Shown: positions 26,401 through 38,827, counted from the stretch's first letter. The stretch is 64,000 nt of DNA from Perkinsus chesapeaki ATCC PRA-425 (GCA_013115145.1 JAAPAO010000137.1:1942-65941), one strand, 5' to 3'. Notes: generated by a model not told the origin, from the sequence alone. Program-made: numbers and translations.

Positions 26401-26537
26401 CATACTATTTCTACATAACGGACAGCTACAATCAAATCATACCATTACCGACCTCACCGAACGACACTCAAGAGCTACTCCACCAGCGTGGCTCAGTGGA
26501 GCTCATCGCTATCATGACAAATACCACAGTGGCATAG
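23431..26537 (+). CDS. FkbM-family methyltransferase-like protein, multi-exon
   Basis: VIEVGPHLGDCVLWAA..GVAVEPLKQLADMIRKS; VHEVAASDE; EDAVLRGARGLLSS..VQFVMI; N-terminal signal-like MKLLSVTLV. Confidence 0.7.
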
Positions 26538-26805
26538 TGTCGTGCGCGTGCGTGCAGCTTCAATTTCGGGGCGCGCGCTTTTTACAGATCGCAGGCTGAG
26601 AATTGGGTTCTGGCAGTGGGGATAGGGGTTTGCTCGGACTATCAACCTTGAAAGATTCAAAGAAGGTTGATTCGCGAATAACTCTATGTAAGATGCTACG
26701 GAAAAGTTAGTTATGCGCTGAACTACTCACCAGACGGAATTTATAGTGAAACTCTCGACGTGCGAAATATGTCTTATTTAGTTTATAGTGTCTAGTAAAC
26801 CTCAG

Positions 26806-28104
26806 ATGTCCTCCTCCACTCCCCAAAAGCTCCTATTCGAGCCCGCAGCTGCCCGTTTGCAGAACGGTTTGAAACTCGTCTTCGGCTCTGATCACGCCGG
26901 CATCGACCTCAAGAACGAGATGATCGACGTAGGCATTCGCTGTCTAATTTTCGTCTTGTATTTGATCCGCCTTTCAGTTTGTGAAGAACACCTTGAAGGC
27001 TCCCGAGGGCAGCATCACGGATGTTGGCACTTACACTCACGACTCGGTAGGCTTTCTGGAACAGTCTGGAATATAGGCATGTCGTCGTCTACGTCTTGAT
27101 GAGGCGACGAAATTCTAGTAGAGTCTTTTGCACTTACAGCAATAGTAAGTGTATCCATTATAGCGATTCTGCAATTGGCAAGCCGAACTGAGAAAAGCCG
27201 AAGGAGACGTCGACGTCGACTTTCTGATGGATCCGATAGTCTTTGTTATGATCAAGTGAGATGCATCTCTTGTCTGATGTAGGTTGATTATCCAGATTTC
27301 GCGGAGAAGACCTGCAAGACTCTTCTGAGCACATCGGACGATACTTCGAGTAGGAATCTGGGAGCTTGGTATCTCTAGGTTGAGCGTGCAGGATATACGA
27401 GAGGTCAACTGGAGGTTATTTTCTTCTTTTATTTCAGAGGCTCTAGGCGTTGTTATTTGCGGATCCGGTCTTGGTATTTCCATGTCGGCCAACAAGTGCA
27501 AAGGCATTAGGTAGTCCACGCTCCACTATATCAACCAAAAATACGGTTTTTCCATCAGATGCGCCCTGTGCTCTAGCAACTACGATGCTCGTTATAGCCG
27601 CCTTCACAACAACGCTAATGTAGCAAGTCGTTCCTCTCGAGCATGCTTTCGTGGTATTTGTTGATCAGGTTCTCGCCATGGGTGGCCGTACAACTGGTGT
27701 TGAAGTCGCTCGGGAAATACTGGCAACGTGAGCTTCATTCTGGAATTCCGAATCGATTCTCGAATTCAGTGGCTCTTCTGCTGACTCTCCTCCCCATGTG
27801 TGTTTCAAACACTTTGTGCTTATCGTTATAATATGTATTCATCCGAGTGCCGCAGAGGGGCTAGACTCCGGCCAGTGTAACCCTCAGCATTCGATAGAAA
27901 AAAGAGCTTTCCCTGTAGGGCCATTTGATAGTTGCTACTGGAATGTCTCTTACCATCTTGAAGTCTTGGAACGTGTATCGACTCTGTTCAATTTTCGTGT
28001 TTTCATTGCTTGTTATTTCTCTCAGTTACATCAATACCGATTTCGAGGGCGGTCGCCATCAGAAGCGAATTGATAAGATGATGGCTCTCGAACAGAAGGA
28101 CTAA
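26806..28104 (+). CDS. rpiB: Ribose-5-phosphate isomerase B, copy 1 (7 exons)
   Basis: GSDHAGIDLK; DVGT..DSVDYPDFA; GVVICGSGLGISMSANKCKGIRCALC; RLHNNANVLAMGGR; FEGGRHQKRIDKM. Confidence 0.95.
27368..27398 (-). other. Dispersed stem-loop element, copy C (RpiB1 intron 27350-27437, antisense to host)
   Basis: Plus strand reads GGTATCTCTAGGTTGAGCGTGCAGGATATAC. Confidence 0.8.
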
Positions 28105-28630
28105 TTTTCTCTACTGTTAAACCGTTGTGACATTGCCGTGTCCCAAATATTTCTAATAAGCACTACTGCGTGTTGCGCGGTAGTCAGTGGAATATGCACC
28201 GGATAAAATACGCGAACGGTCAAGGTGCTTCTGGCGAACGAATCGAGTATAACTATGCGCGAGTTCGATTCCTTGTATTCCCATTAGTATGATGAGACAT
28301 TAGTCTTGCGCATACATAGTCAAAGAACCCCTACAGTTTAATCAAGTTTATAACCGCAAGTCTAACTAGCCGAATTCAGTTGGCGTGGGAAGCTCGAACG
28401 TACATGCTTCGGGGCTAGTTAACGCATCGGGCAACACAAAGACTGTCCCGTTACCGCGCAGCTACATGTTTCTAGCCACTACCAGTGTCTGGTCATAGCA
28501 CGATTATTGTAGCGTTCTGACACGGGCCTCCTGTAGGGGTGCGCGTAGAGTAAGGTATTGGCTATGTTGCTGTGGATTCACAGATATCAATGTACTCGTT
28601 GGTCAGTTGTTATTGTTATTACCTTTTATC

Positions 28631-29391
28631 ATGTCCTCTAGTGCACCAGAGAAACTTCTGTTCGAGCCTGCTGCTGCCCGGCTCGCGAATGGCCTCAAAC
28701 TTGTGTTCTGTTCCGACCACGCTGGTATCGATCTCAAGAACGAAATGATTGATGTAACTTTCGTGGAGGTTCGAATGAATGATAAGTATTTGTGTCTTAG
28801 TTCGCGAAGACGAGCCTGAAGGCACCTGAAGATTGTATTACTGATGTTGGCTGTTTCACCCACGACTCTGTAAGTTCATCTCTGTAGGCTTAATGCACTT
28901 CTCTGGATTGAGCTTCTGTAACATGCTCTGCCAATACACTTTGTCGTTTACGGATTTTCCGCTCAGGTTGACTATCCTGACTTCGCCGAGAAACTCGGAC
29001 ACAAAGTGATGGAAGTAGACGACACAACAAGTACACTGAACGTTAAATTGCTATGTTTCATCATTATCTTCAGAGTGCTTGGGTGTTGCCATCTGCGGTA
29101 GCGGTCTCGGCATGTCTATCGCCGCCAACAAGGTGAAGGGTATTCGTTGTGGTCTTTGCCATAGTAACTACGATGCCCGCTACTTGAGAATGCACAACAA
29201 TGGCAATGTAAGACTTGATAAATTCTCTGTTTCCAGCGGCGAGTCGTCAGGTCCTCGCGATGGGCGGCAGAACAACTGGTGTTGAAATTTCCAAGGAGAT
29301 TCTCGCGACTTTCATAAACACTGATTACTGCGGTGGCCGCCATCAGAGGCGCATCGACAAGATATCCGCTATCGAGGATCGTCGTGATTAG
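28631..29391 (+). CDS. rpiB: Ribose-5-phosphate isomerase B, copy 2 (5 exons)
   Basis: CSDHAGIDLK; VDYPDFA; GVAICGSGLGMSIAANKVKGIRCGLC; RMHNNGNVLAMGGR; GGRHQRRIDKI. Confidence 0.95.
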
Positions 29392-29729
29392 AGAGACTCG
29401 ATCCTTTTCGAACATCTAACAGACTGTGTTAGTATGGTTTCACTTAGCAGTTCTTGCTTAACTGTACAGAAAAGTTGTGTTGTGAAGTTTGACAGGGAAG
29501 TCAAGTCCCTGCGATTCGTCGGGGTTCTATGCGGTGACGTCTTGACCGATGACATCGTTAACTGCGAACGACGTTACGGTTACGGTTCACAGCGTACGGT
29601 AAGGCGATATAGGAGACCTCCATAGCATCGACTGTCAACTGAAGTCATGCTGCACGAAACAGACATTACATTGCAGCGAACACAAAAGAAGACCATGAGG
29701 GAACTGCTGATCATAAAAAGTCGAAAACT

Positions 29730-30972
29730 CTACCATTCCTTCTCTTCTCTATCTCGATACATCTTGCCACTCATATGCTCATCATAGTCGCAATCAACAG
29801 CTAGCCATACGATAACTTCGGCACCCTCAGTTGCTGACCGATCTCCCTTGTATCTGCCACTTCAAAGATATCATCGGATCGTCGGAAGCGATTACACTAC
29901 TCGGTCATATCAGTGGCGCAGTAGCCTGGTGTGCAAGTTGTTACGAGGATCCTTTTTGGACCACTCAGAGCCTCGCGGGCAAGCGCCTTCGTCCAAGCGA
30001 TGACCAACAGCTTAGACGTACCGTACATGTTGTCGGCAAAACCAGCTTCTGCGTGACGGCCTTGTTCAACAGCCGTCATGTACTCGTCTGCGACTGCCAG
30101 AATATCCCTTACCGAAGCGGTAGGAGAAGCAAGCCGGTGCTGCAGGGCATTGGATACCTGGTGAAATCCATACTTTACTATTACACGGAGCTATATAGAA
30201 CGTATGATTCTGTCGTATATAAAACGCTCATCACTGGTCACCAGATGTCCTTTTGTATGGTCGAGTTCCACTTACTTGCGAGAGGTTACCGAGTCCACTG
30301 CTAACATTAACTATTCTGCCCCTTTCGGCCATAATAGGCATGAACGCCTCGGTGACTTTCACACAGCCATAAAAGTTAACCTCCATTGTGTGACGTGCCT
30401 GACGAGGGGCCATATCAGCTGTAAAGCCAGAGATGGTACCTTCTCATAGGAGGGCTTCGCGCCCTCATCCCTGTCGTCCAATAATATCGCTGCGTTATTG
30501 ACAAGTGCGTCTATTACGGGAGCTATCTTAGTGATCTAAATCAGCCACGGTAATGTTGGTGCTGGACTGACAACTGTCAATAATTCCCACCTGTACTTTC
30601 GCAGCTTGGATGGATTCATCATCGCTGACATCGAGCTGTACAGCAGCATACGGTTTGAGAATATCTACAAAAAGCACAAGTCGCATTCCAACACACTCGT
30701 ACTCGCCAGATGAGAAACCCCCTAGTCACCAGCCCTGCTGGCCCAATGGATAAGGCGCCACCCTCCTAAGGTGGAGATTCCGGGTTCGATCCCCGGGTAG
30801 GGTAATTTTCAAATTCGACGATACGTTGCATACCTGCGGCTTTCTCTAAGCGTCCTTCGTCCCTTGCAGTCATAATAACCCTCACTCCCTCAGCTATCAT
30901 CCTCTTACACACTTCGAACCCGATGCCTTTGTTCGCTCCCGTCACCACAACTACTGGCGATTCGTTTACCAT
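29730..30972 (-). CDS. Short-chain dehydrogenase, carbonyl reductase (CBR1-like), multi-exon
   Basis: VVVTGANKGIGFEV; LVNNA; EVNFYG; GRIVNVSSGLG; YGTSK; CTPGYCATDMT..RSATEGAEVIVWLA. Confidence 0.92.
30732..30804 (+). tRNA. tRNA-Arg(CCT) in carbonyl reductase intron 30665-30833, antisense to host
   Basis: GCCCTGC/GTAGGGT acceptor stem, CCACC-CTCCTAA-GGTGG anticodon arm, CCGGGTTCGATCCCCGG T-arm. Confidence 0.95.
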
Positions 30973-31039
30973 TCCCAATCGAGACTGCAGCCCATCAGAA
31001 ACTCCATCGAACTCAACAACTGAACACTGGATACAAAAT

Positions 31040-34000
31040 CTATGCACCAGCACTCCCATCAGGTGTGGCTGCCATTTCATTCGCACTCGACGGCATGTTT
31101 TCTAATTTCATCGGACTCGGCGGCACCCTCAAATTCAACTCCAAATTCGTCACCTTGTCCTCTATCAGCTGCAGTCTTTTCTCGATTAATTCCAGCGTTC
31201 GTTGGACCACCTGCACCATCGCAATTGGTCACCCCCAAACTGAACTGCTCTTACCAAAAATTGATCTCCAACAGCCTCCATGGCCTTCGGAACTGTCTCT
31301 GTCGTTACACTACTTAAATCAAGGGTTCTGCTCATCACCGGCACTGAATAGAGAACCACAAGCAAGTCGAGAAGCTCGAGATTTCTCACCGAGGAGATTG
31401 CTGAATAAGAACCACTAATAAAAAGGCTCCTTTCGGGATATGCAAACGTAGTTTAATAACTTCAATGACCACAGACTCGTCAGGAGGAAAAGTGACGAGC
31501 TATGCTCCCCATCTCTCTCATGAACTTCTACGATCAATGGCACTAGGCAGACTGCTACCAACCAGACCATACTAGTCAAGATATGATACACTACTAATTC
31601 AACTCAATTGGACTCCTTCAACTAGATCCTCACCGACCACTCCCTTCGTCACCTCCTCACCTTGTCGTGTCTCCCCCAGCATCATCGGTGCAGGAGCTGT
31701 TGAGTATCCTTTGAACGGAGTACTGCCAGCCGCCATCGACTCGCCTACTGGTGTGGACTGTCGAATAGGTAGGACTACGGAGTCCTCGATATCCCAAATA
31801 TAAACCTATAAAAACGGCTCCACCCTGGTTCGAACCCGGGCCTCTCCACCTGACCGTCAGCCGACCCCACGATAAGCTCATATCGGCCCTCCGCGTCCTG
31901 GCACCATCGGACCTACCCCAACCTAATATTAGGTTCGTGAACTCTCATTACACTATTCACCGGCGGCAGCCGTGCCGGAGCCTCCTCAGCCCGACCTTGG
32001 GCCACACAGGCGATGCGTCGACCCTCTCGGAGATCCCACAACCGAATGTCTCCCTGACGGCCACCAGACGCCAGCACGTGGCCGTTGTCCGGTCGAAGAG
32101 CAAGGGAAAGAACCGAACCTGTAAGGATTCTACAGAGGTCCGGAATTACGCAGAATACCTCGATCGTGAGCTGGGGAGTATCTTTGAACCAGTTGCTTGC
32201 CAGTAGGCAATCTTATGTCCCAGAAATTAATAGATCCGTCGTCACCGGCAGCGCCCACCAGTTGGGGAGTGACGGGGGAGAACGTTACACAGCGAACGGA
32301 GAGACTGTTCTCGTATAGACTGAGCCAGGCGGAAGGTGGATCTCGACGCGAGACTTATATACACTATTACATAACAATTGTACAAATATAGTTGTATTAT
32401 TACAAAATATATATGTTTGTGAATGATTATACTTTTTCTCTTTCCGAAAGGTTTGGGGACCTCCCGTATTCTTATGGGACATGATTTTGTCTCTGCACTT
32501 TACAAGGCTGCCGCTCAGCCTTTCGCGAGTGACTGAGCTCGCAGCTACACTCCTAAACTGGCTACTGTCTGGTGGAAGGGAAAAGTGCTACCCGAGAAAA
32601 TGTACTTATATACTATTATATATTATTATTAATATACTTGAAAAGGTTCAACCTACTCTTCATGAGCAGCTGCCTGGCAGCACAAGGGTAGTGCTGCATG
32701 AGGTATGAATAATACTACAATGCGCCTAAGCATGCTATCAAGACTTGATAGGATAATAATTGATAATCAAGTACAGAGCACTTTGGGAGTCTGTTCCTCG
32801 TGTTCATGGTGATGGCAACAAAAAGAGGGCATGCCGCGTCGTCCCCAGCTGCTCCTCCTTCTCCTTCGCCCTCACTACCACGCCAGGCTGTTCCTCGTCT
32901 CTATGTCCCACACTCGAACCGTCCTATCCTCTCCACCACTCACTGCCGATCTAGCATCACTTGAAAACGCACAAGTCAACACCCAGTTAGAATGTCCAAC
33001 CAAGGAGCATATGAACCTATACAAGTACTGGAGGAGGACCACGGCTGCGCAGCAATCGTATCAGTACTTCCGGTCCTGCAAGTTTGAACTTAACCTTCTA
33101 TCACCACCCACTGGCATCTTCCACAACTTAACAGTTTTGTCATCCGAACATGACATTAGCAAATCCTAAGAATTCAAAGTGTGGCGTGAACCTTCAACTT
33201 CTTACTGTTTCTGTATGCGACCAATCTATGTCTCGTATCACTCCAGTGTGACATCCTTTATAGACGGCTGAGCTCACACCATTGGAGCTCGGGGCGTTGT
33301 ACCATAGGCGTATCTGAGAAACGTTCCAGACTAGCCGAATCCAGTAGAGCTGGAATGGTCTAGTTGGTTATGACGATCGCCTCACACGCGATAGGTCCCG
33401 AGTTCGATTCTCGGTTCCAGTATTTATCTTACCGTCTTATCAATTCCTGCACTGGCAACCCACTTCCCCGATACATCTCCAGCGACCGCCGTCACCCTGT
33501 CATTGTGGCCTTCGCACCTCAATGGTCTACAACAAAAATTAATACGTGGAAATATCTGCCGCCCCCCCTCAGTTGAGCACCGATACTTTCCTACCCGATG
33601 AGAAATTATACACTTTTTAATGTCGTTGGCAGATATAAAACTCGACGAAACTTGTGCAGAATTTTCTAAAATTTTTCCCTGCTTGTTTGCCAATACGTGT
33701 AGGAGAGCAGTTTCCGAGAGCGACCTTTTAAACGTCATTGGACTCGCACAGTAGAGGAGGTATAGTCTGGCCCAAAAATTGTCCAGCGCCGATGATCTGA
33801 ATAACTTAACGATCGAATATGAGGACAAGATTGGCAGCAGCATTCGATCAGGTCACCAGACTGTATACAACTGTCAATAAAGGGGAAAACGGAGAACATC
33901 TCAAGCTGAGATGCATTCTATAGGTAAATATGTTTTCATAGACTATCTCTTCCCGCAAGAGATAATTTATACTATTTCTCAAGCGTGCTTCCTTTTTCCT

Positions 34001-34791
34001 GATATACCTTGTATTCTGTTTAGTGCTCCATATAATAACTGAACCATCTCCCCCAGAAGAGGCGTATTGAAGGTAACCTAAAACGTATATTCTAACCAGC
34101 AAGATCGCACTCGAAAGATTCATGTCTATAAAACTTGAACGGCTACTCTTCATAATGACTTATCCTCCACACCTCGCTCCCACAGTTGTACAGCCCAAAT
34201 CAAAGAAATAGCAGACGCCCAATCAAGCATGCACCTAGCCCTACCACGGATGCTCCTCGAGGCCAAAAAGCTGTTTCTAATGGGGAGATATTTCGTAAAA
34301 TAGAGCAACCATAATCGGCTAATGGTGGTTCAACTTTTAACGGGTTTCATACATATACCGTAGAAATTTTTGCCTTGTTGATATTTTAATTGTTTCTCTT
34401 CCGATTTAGATGACCAGTATGTTCCTCGTACAAATGAGAGTACAACTAAAGTATCCCTCCTTTTTAAGAAAAGAAGGAATATTCAAGCATAACATTCACC
34501 GTTCTCGTTTGCTCCACTGTGAAGAGTCGCCGAGTGTTGTCATGATCCTCCATCACCATGTGATAACATCTCATCTGCACTCAGAGAGAGCCGTCCCCGA
34601 TACGAAGATTTCAATATACATTAAAATTAAACACTCCCAACAGACCCTCTACAAGACATGGCACGTGATGCCAAGATCACCAGCCTACCGTTGCAGCTGG
34701 GTATCGGTATGGCCCTCGTTACAGGTCCTTTATGACCCTTGAAAACCCTACCGATCGAAAGGCCAGGATTAACGGGGAGACTAGTAGACAT
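31040..34791 (-). CDS. POC1: POC1-like centriolar WD40 protein, multi-exon
   Basis: N-terminal RVFKGHKGPVT; EGHNDRVTAVAGDVSGKWVASAGIDKTIRLW; LASGGRQGDIRLWDLR; C-terminal coiled coil VQRTLELIEKRLQLIEDKV, typical of POC1. Confidence 0.75.
31806..31849 (-). pseudogene. 44-nt intron consisting of a decayed tRNA 3' half plus T-run
   Basis: GTGGAGAGGCCCGGG-TTCGAAC-CAGGG-TGGAGCC-G-TTTTT-ATAG. The flanking exons join as GSADGQ|VYIWD. Confidence 0.55.
33349..33422 (+). tRNA. tRNA-Val(CAC) in POC1 intron 33314-33432, antisense to host
   Basis: GCTGGAA/TTCCAGT acceptor stem, ATCGC-CTCACAC-GCGAT anticodon arm, CCGAGTTCGATTCTCGG T-arm. Confidence 0.95.
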
Positions 34792-35742
34792 GAAAGCTGT
34801 TGTAGTGGTATAGGATATCAATTGAACAACAACAACACTACACAGATGTGAGATAATACTACCAAACTTCCTTCAAACCATACAAGCAATAACCCGGTGA
34901 AAGAGGGCCTTCACTCAGGAAGAAGGTATCTTAACTTGAACCATGATACTTCAGAAATTGAATTCATGCTCGAAAATCGAAGGTGACAGTGATGCGCCAT
35001 GAAAAGGCCTCAACTTGCTGGCAGAGTCCCTCGACAGTATCGAGCTACGTCTTCGTCAATGCTTATTATTGAAGGGAAAAAGCAATGTAGGTCAGATTTA
35101 CTCGATAAAAGAACAACTCGTGACGTCGAGTACGAGCATCCTGACTATCACTAGCTGCTGCAAAGCACCTATTCAGTTGCATCACTGTTAAGTATATAGA
35201 ACCATACACTAATATATACGACTGGTACCAGCAGAAGCAGCAAAGTACAAGTTAGTAGTTGAATAACCTTTTGGGGAATGAGCTCTGGTATAGGGAGACT
35301 GGCAGTACCATAAGATAGATCTTAAATCAGCCTTTGAAGGAATAGGAACTTGCCAGACCTCTTCGATACACCTACTATCGACGCAGGTGTTAACCAGTCC
35401 TACTTTTCACTGGTACATACTGAAACGAACATCTTAATAATTGATATAAACAGCAACCATCCCTAACGTTGCCATGTTACTCATTGCGCTCGAGGAGACA
35501 TACATTAGGCTACTGTCGGCCTAGAACAACTCCAAGAGCTTGTTGAAGAGCCCCTGCCCAACGTTCAGATGATTTACAACCACCTCTACTACTGGATGGT
35601 ATATAATCGCTATATCACAGCGACCATAATGACCCCCCATCACAACCCATATTTATATTTAACAACACATACAACTCAAGTCTCAATATCGGCCAGTAGC
35701 CTACCGTCAAGCCGTTTGTCTACACCGCCTTCACAATTGTAT

Positions 35743-36278
35743 TTAATCAACCTGAGCCATAGCGACGTCCTTATCGGTATAAGGCTTCTTTCCAGAGTCC
35801 TTAGAGCGGTTCTTGCGCTCAAGGAGGGCCTTGCGATCCTTGTCCATCTTCAGCTTAGTGATGACAACCTTGGAAGGGTGGACACCGACATTGGCGTGGG
35901 AGCCGTTGACCTACAACAGAAAATATCTCAATCGATTACAAAGATATTTTTGAGGTTGTTACCTTGTCGCGGGTAAGACGCTCGATGTGGATAACGAACT
36001 TCTTACGGTAGCAAGCGGTGACCTTGCCCTCGCGATCGCTGTAGTGACCACGGACAACCATGACCTCGTCATCCTTGCGGATAGGAACGGACCTGAAATG
36101 AAGCAACAATGGCTAGAGGTGCCAGAAAAATGTCGGTAAACTACCTGACGTTGTACTTGGCTCTGAGCTCCTTGGAGAGAGGGGCGGACATGATGATCCT
36201 CCTCTGGTCCGAAGGGGCGGTGAAGTGGGCCTTACGGCTCTTACGACGAGAAGATGACACCGCGGGCGAGAACTTCAT
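35743..36278 (-). CDS. RPL26: 60S ribosomal protein L26 (uL24), 3 exons
   Basis: [93 protein letters not shown]. Confidence 0.97.
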
Positions 36279-36336
36279 GGTAAACAACTACGGCTACTAG
36301 GGGATATTAAAATGCTACCCAAACTTCACCTATTAT

Positions 36337-36365
36337 GTATCTTGCACGCTCAACCTCTAAGATAC
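36337..36365 (+). other. Dispersed stem-loop element, copy D (59 bp upstream of the RPL26 ATG)
   Basis: GTATCTT-GCACGCTCAACCTCT-AAGATAC, perfect 7-bp stem. Confidence 0.85.
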
Positions 36366-36970
36366 CTCAAACCCATAATATAACACTGCCAATAGCCTCT
36401 CATAGTCTCCATATAAGCCGCGACGACCTCACCAAAATGCACCGGCCGAAAATGGCAAGGTGAGAGCGCACCACAGGCAAGCTGGGGCAATATCGATCAC
36501 GTGATCGATTTCTCTGCGCACCGTCGACGGGCCCGTCTGCGGTGCCCCATGATGAGAAAAAGGAGAGATTTAGATATAGATAAGGCCTTAATGTGCCGCA
36601 TAGGCCTTGAATGATGACACTTTGATCAGCCGTAGTTAACATTCAACTTAGAAATGTCTATATCTAAACATTGATCTTACTTGGAGCTTCGAGTAGCCCA
36701 GAAGTAAGTATCCCATGATAATATATTGTCATGTAGAACTGTTATACAATAATAAATAGTATGTATTATAACACCTCATAAGAGTAGCTATTCCTTACCA
36801 ACCTAACCATATCCTCGTAGTCGTTCGATCATCATTTAACGTCATGGAAGTCCTGTTTACTACTCCAGTGGGTCTCTGTGAGGTATGCATGTGAAAGCGC
36901 TGAGGGATTCTGAGTTGAGTTCAAGTGTCATTGTAAGGGGGTTACTATCGCCGGCAAGCTGACCTATTTC

Positions 36971-36998
36971 GTATCTTGCACGCTCAACCTCAAGATAC
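36971..36998 (+). other. Dispersed stem-loop element, copy E (12 bp upstream of the METTL ATG)
   Basis: GTATCTTG-CACGCTCAACCT-CAAGATAC, perfect 8-bp stem. Confidence 0.85.
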
Positions 36999-37010
36999 CC
37001 CTGTTCCTCA

Positions 37011-37907
37011 ATGTCCTCCCTACCCCCTCTCCCCACCGTTAAACCCTATAATCCCACCAATGATGACCTCTTCGAGGCCGATCAGCTTATCTCCTCCGCC
37101 GCTGAAGTTCCCCAATTTTGGGCACAGAAATACGAAAAAGATGCCGTCAAAAATTGGGACCTATTTTACAAGCGTAACAAAGCTAACTTCTTCAAGGACA
37201 GACACTACCTCGTCACAGAGTTCGGAGAGGTGGCCAGAAGCGACGCCTTCATCGACTCTGAGGATGCCGGCCATCTAGTAGAGATTGGCTGCGGTGTTGG
37301 TAACGCAATCGTTCCCCTTGCAGAGGCATGCCCGAAGCTTACGGTCCTGGCAACAGACTGCAGTAGTGTTGCGATCGACTTGCTCGATGAGAGGCTCAGG
37401 AGTGAGGATCCTAAGGTGGCCGAGAGAGTATCTACGAGAGTCGTTGATGCGACCAGCTCGAGTTTTCCGCCTGAGGACATGGAGGGCACTGCCAACTTTG
37501 TGTTGCTGTTGTTTTGTATGAGCGCCATCTCCGAGGCACATTATGGTAGGGTTATTGAAGGATGCAAAAGGATACTGAAGCCAGGCGGAATTGTTCTATT
37601 TAGAGACTATGGAAAATACGATTTGGCACAGCTGCGGTTTTCTAAGGACAAGGGCCGTGCGGCAACGGCGTCGAGATTGCCGGGCGAGGAGGACTTCTAT
37701 GTGCGTCAGGACGGCACCCGGGCAAAGTTCTTCACGGAAGAGTCTCTTGCGGATATGTGGGAAAGTTCAGGAGGGTTTGAGAGGGTGGAGCTGATCACTC
37801 ATCGACGGTGCGTGATTAATAGGAAACAAGGCAAGGAAATGAAGCGGGTGTGGATACAGGCAAAGTGGAAGAAGCCAGAAGAGGAGGAAGATATTACTGT
37901 AATTTAG
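37011..37907 (+). CDS. tRNA m3C methyltransferase (METTL2/6, Trm140-like), intronless
   Basis: KYEKDAVKNWDLFYKRNKANFFKDRHYL..EFGE; LVEIGCGVGN; LKPGGIVLFRDYGKYDLAQLRF; YVRQDGTRAKFF; RVWIQAKW. Confidence 0.95.
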   Translation: MSSLPPLPTVKPYNPTNDDLFEADQLISSAAEVPQFWAQKYEKDAVKNWDLFYKRNKANFFKDRHYLVTEFGEVARSDAFIDSEDAGHLVEIGCGVGNAIVPLAEACPKLTVLATDCSSVAIDLLDERLRSEDPKVAERVSTRVVDATSSSFPPEDMEGTANFVLLLFCMSAISEAHYGRVIEGCKRILKPGGIVLFRDYGKYDLAQLRFSKDKGRAATASRLPGEEDFYVRQDGTRAKFFTEESLADMWESSGGFERVELITHRRCVINRKQGKEMKRVWIQAKWKKPEEEEDITVI

Positions 37908-38827
37908 TTTCTGAAGGCCTTTGGAGGGAGTTATGTCAATAGGGGGAGGAGATACGTTATAGGCGTATGTTACTGGTGTCTTGGTGGGGTTTGGGAGGCA
38001 ATGTTTCCACTCTGCGATGCGGTAGGTCCTCGTAGGGCTTTGGGCTCTAGGTAGTATTAATCTAGACGATATATTTCCGTTTAGGATCAATTACAAATAA
38101 TGATTCCCGTCAAACTTTTCCTGTGTTGTGTCTCCTCGGCAGGGAGGTCCTTCAAGATTGTTCACTGTTTTGTAAGAGTGTGTGTGATAATTTTATTAAG
38201 TTACGTACCACCTATCGTCTCCCAGGCTTGGTGAAGTGCATGTCAGACCATATAAGATATATTATTATTACTACCTTAATAATATATTTATTAAAAACAG
38301 TATAATATTATCATACTGTGCTTTCACGCCCTTCTTGTATATTGGATACTCTATGCTTACAGTAAGCAACAAGAAGGATGATGATGGTGATGATGATGAC
38401 ATATCGGCAAGAGGACGACGTAGACGTGCCGAGTTGCAGTGTTGAACTAGTCTAATGGAAGGTTAACATTTATGTGGGAAAATCCCAGTAAAATTTCCAA
38501 GGGTCCATTTTCATATAGGAAGTAATGGTGAACACTGAATGAATGCAGTGTATGTTGTTGAAAGATATCTTCCCATTGTAGAACTCATTGGCGCTAGATG
38601 AACGTTCGTCTATCACCACTGCTCATTTCTACGATCGTTTCGATGCTGGTTCATATTATCTCATGACAAGCGCGTGGATATCGCATGCCCCCAGAGAGAG
38701 CGCATTCCCGGAAGATGCTGTAGTTTTGAGAAAACGGTGCCGAATATTTAACATTTATTGCTGAATGTGTGCTTGCTGAATACGTCTTCTTAATCATCAT
38801 CGCTCCACTGTTAGTTCATATTATATC

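Noticed and set aside
37205-37794. Overlapping alternative ORFs in METTL, and similarly at 60021-60496
   Set aside because: These are shadow frames of real CDS or of the 30-bp coding repeat.
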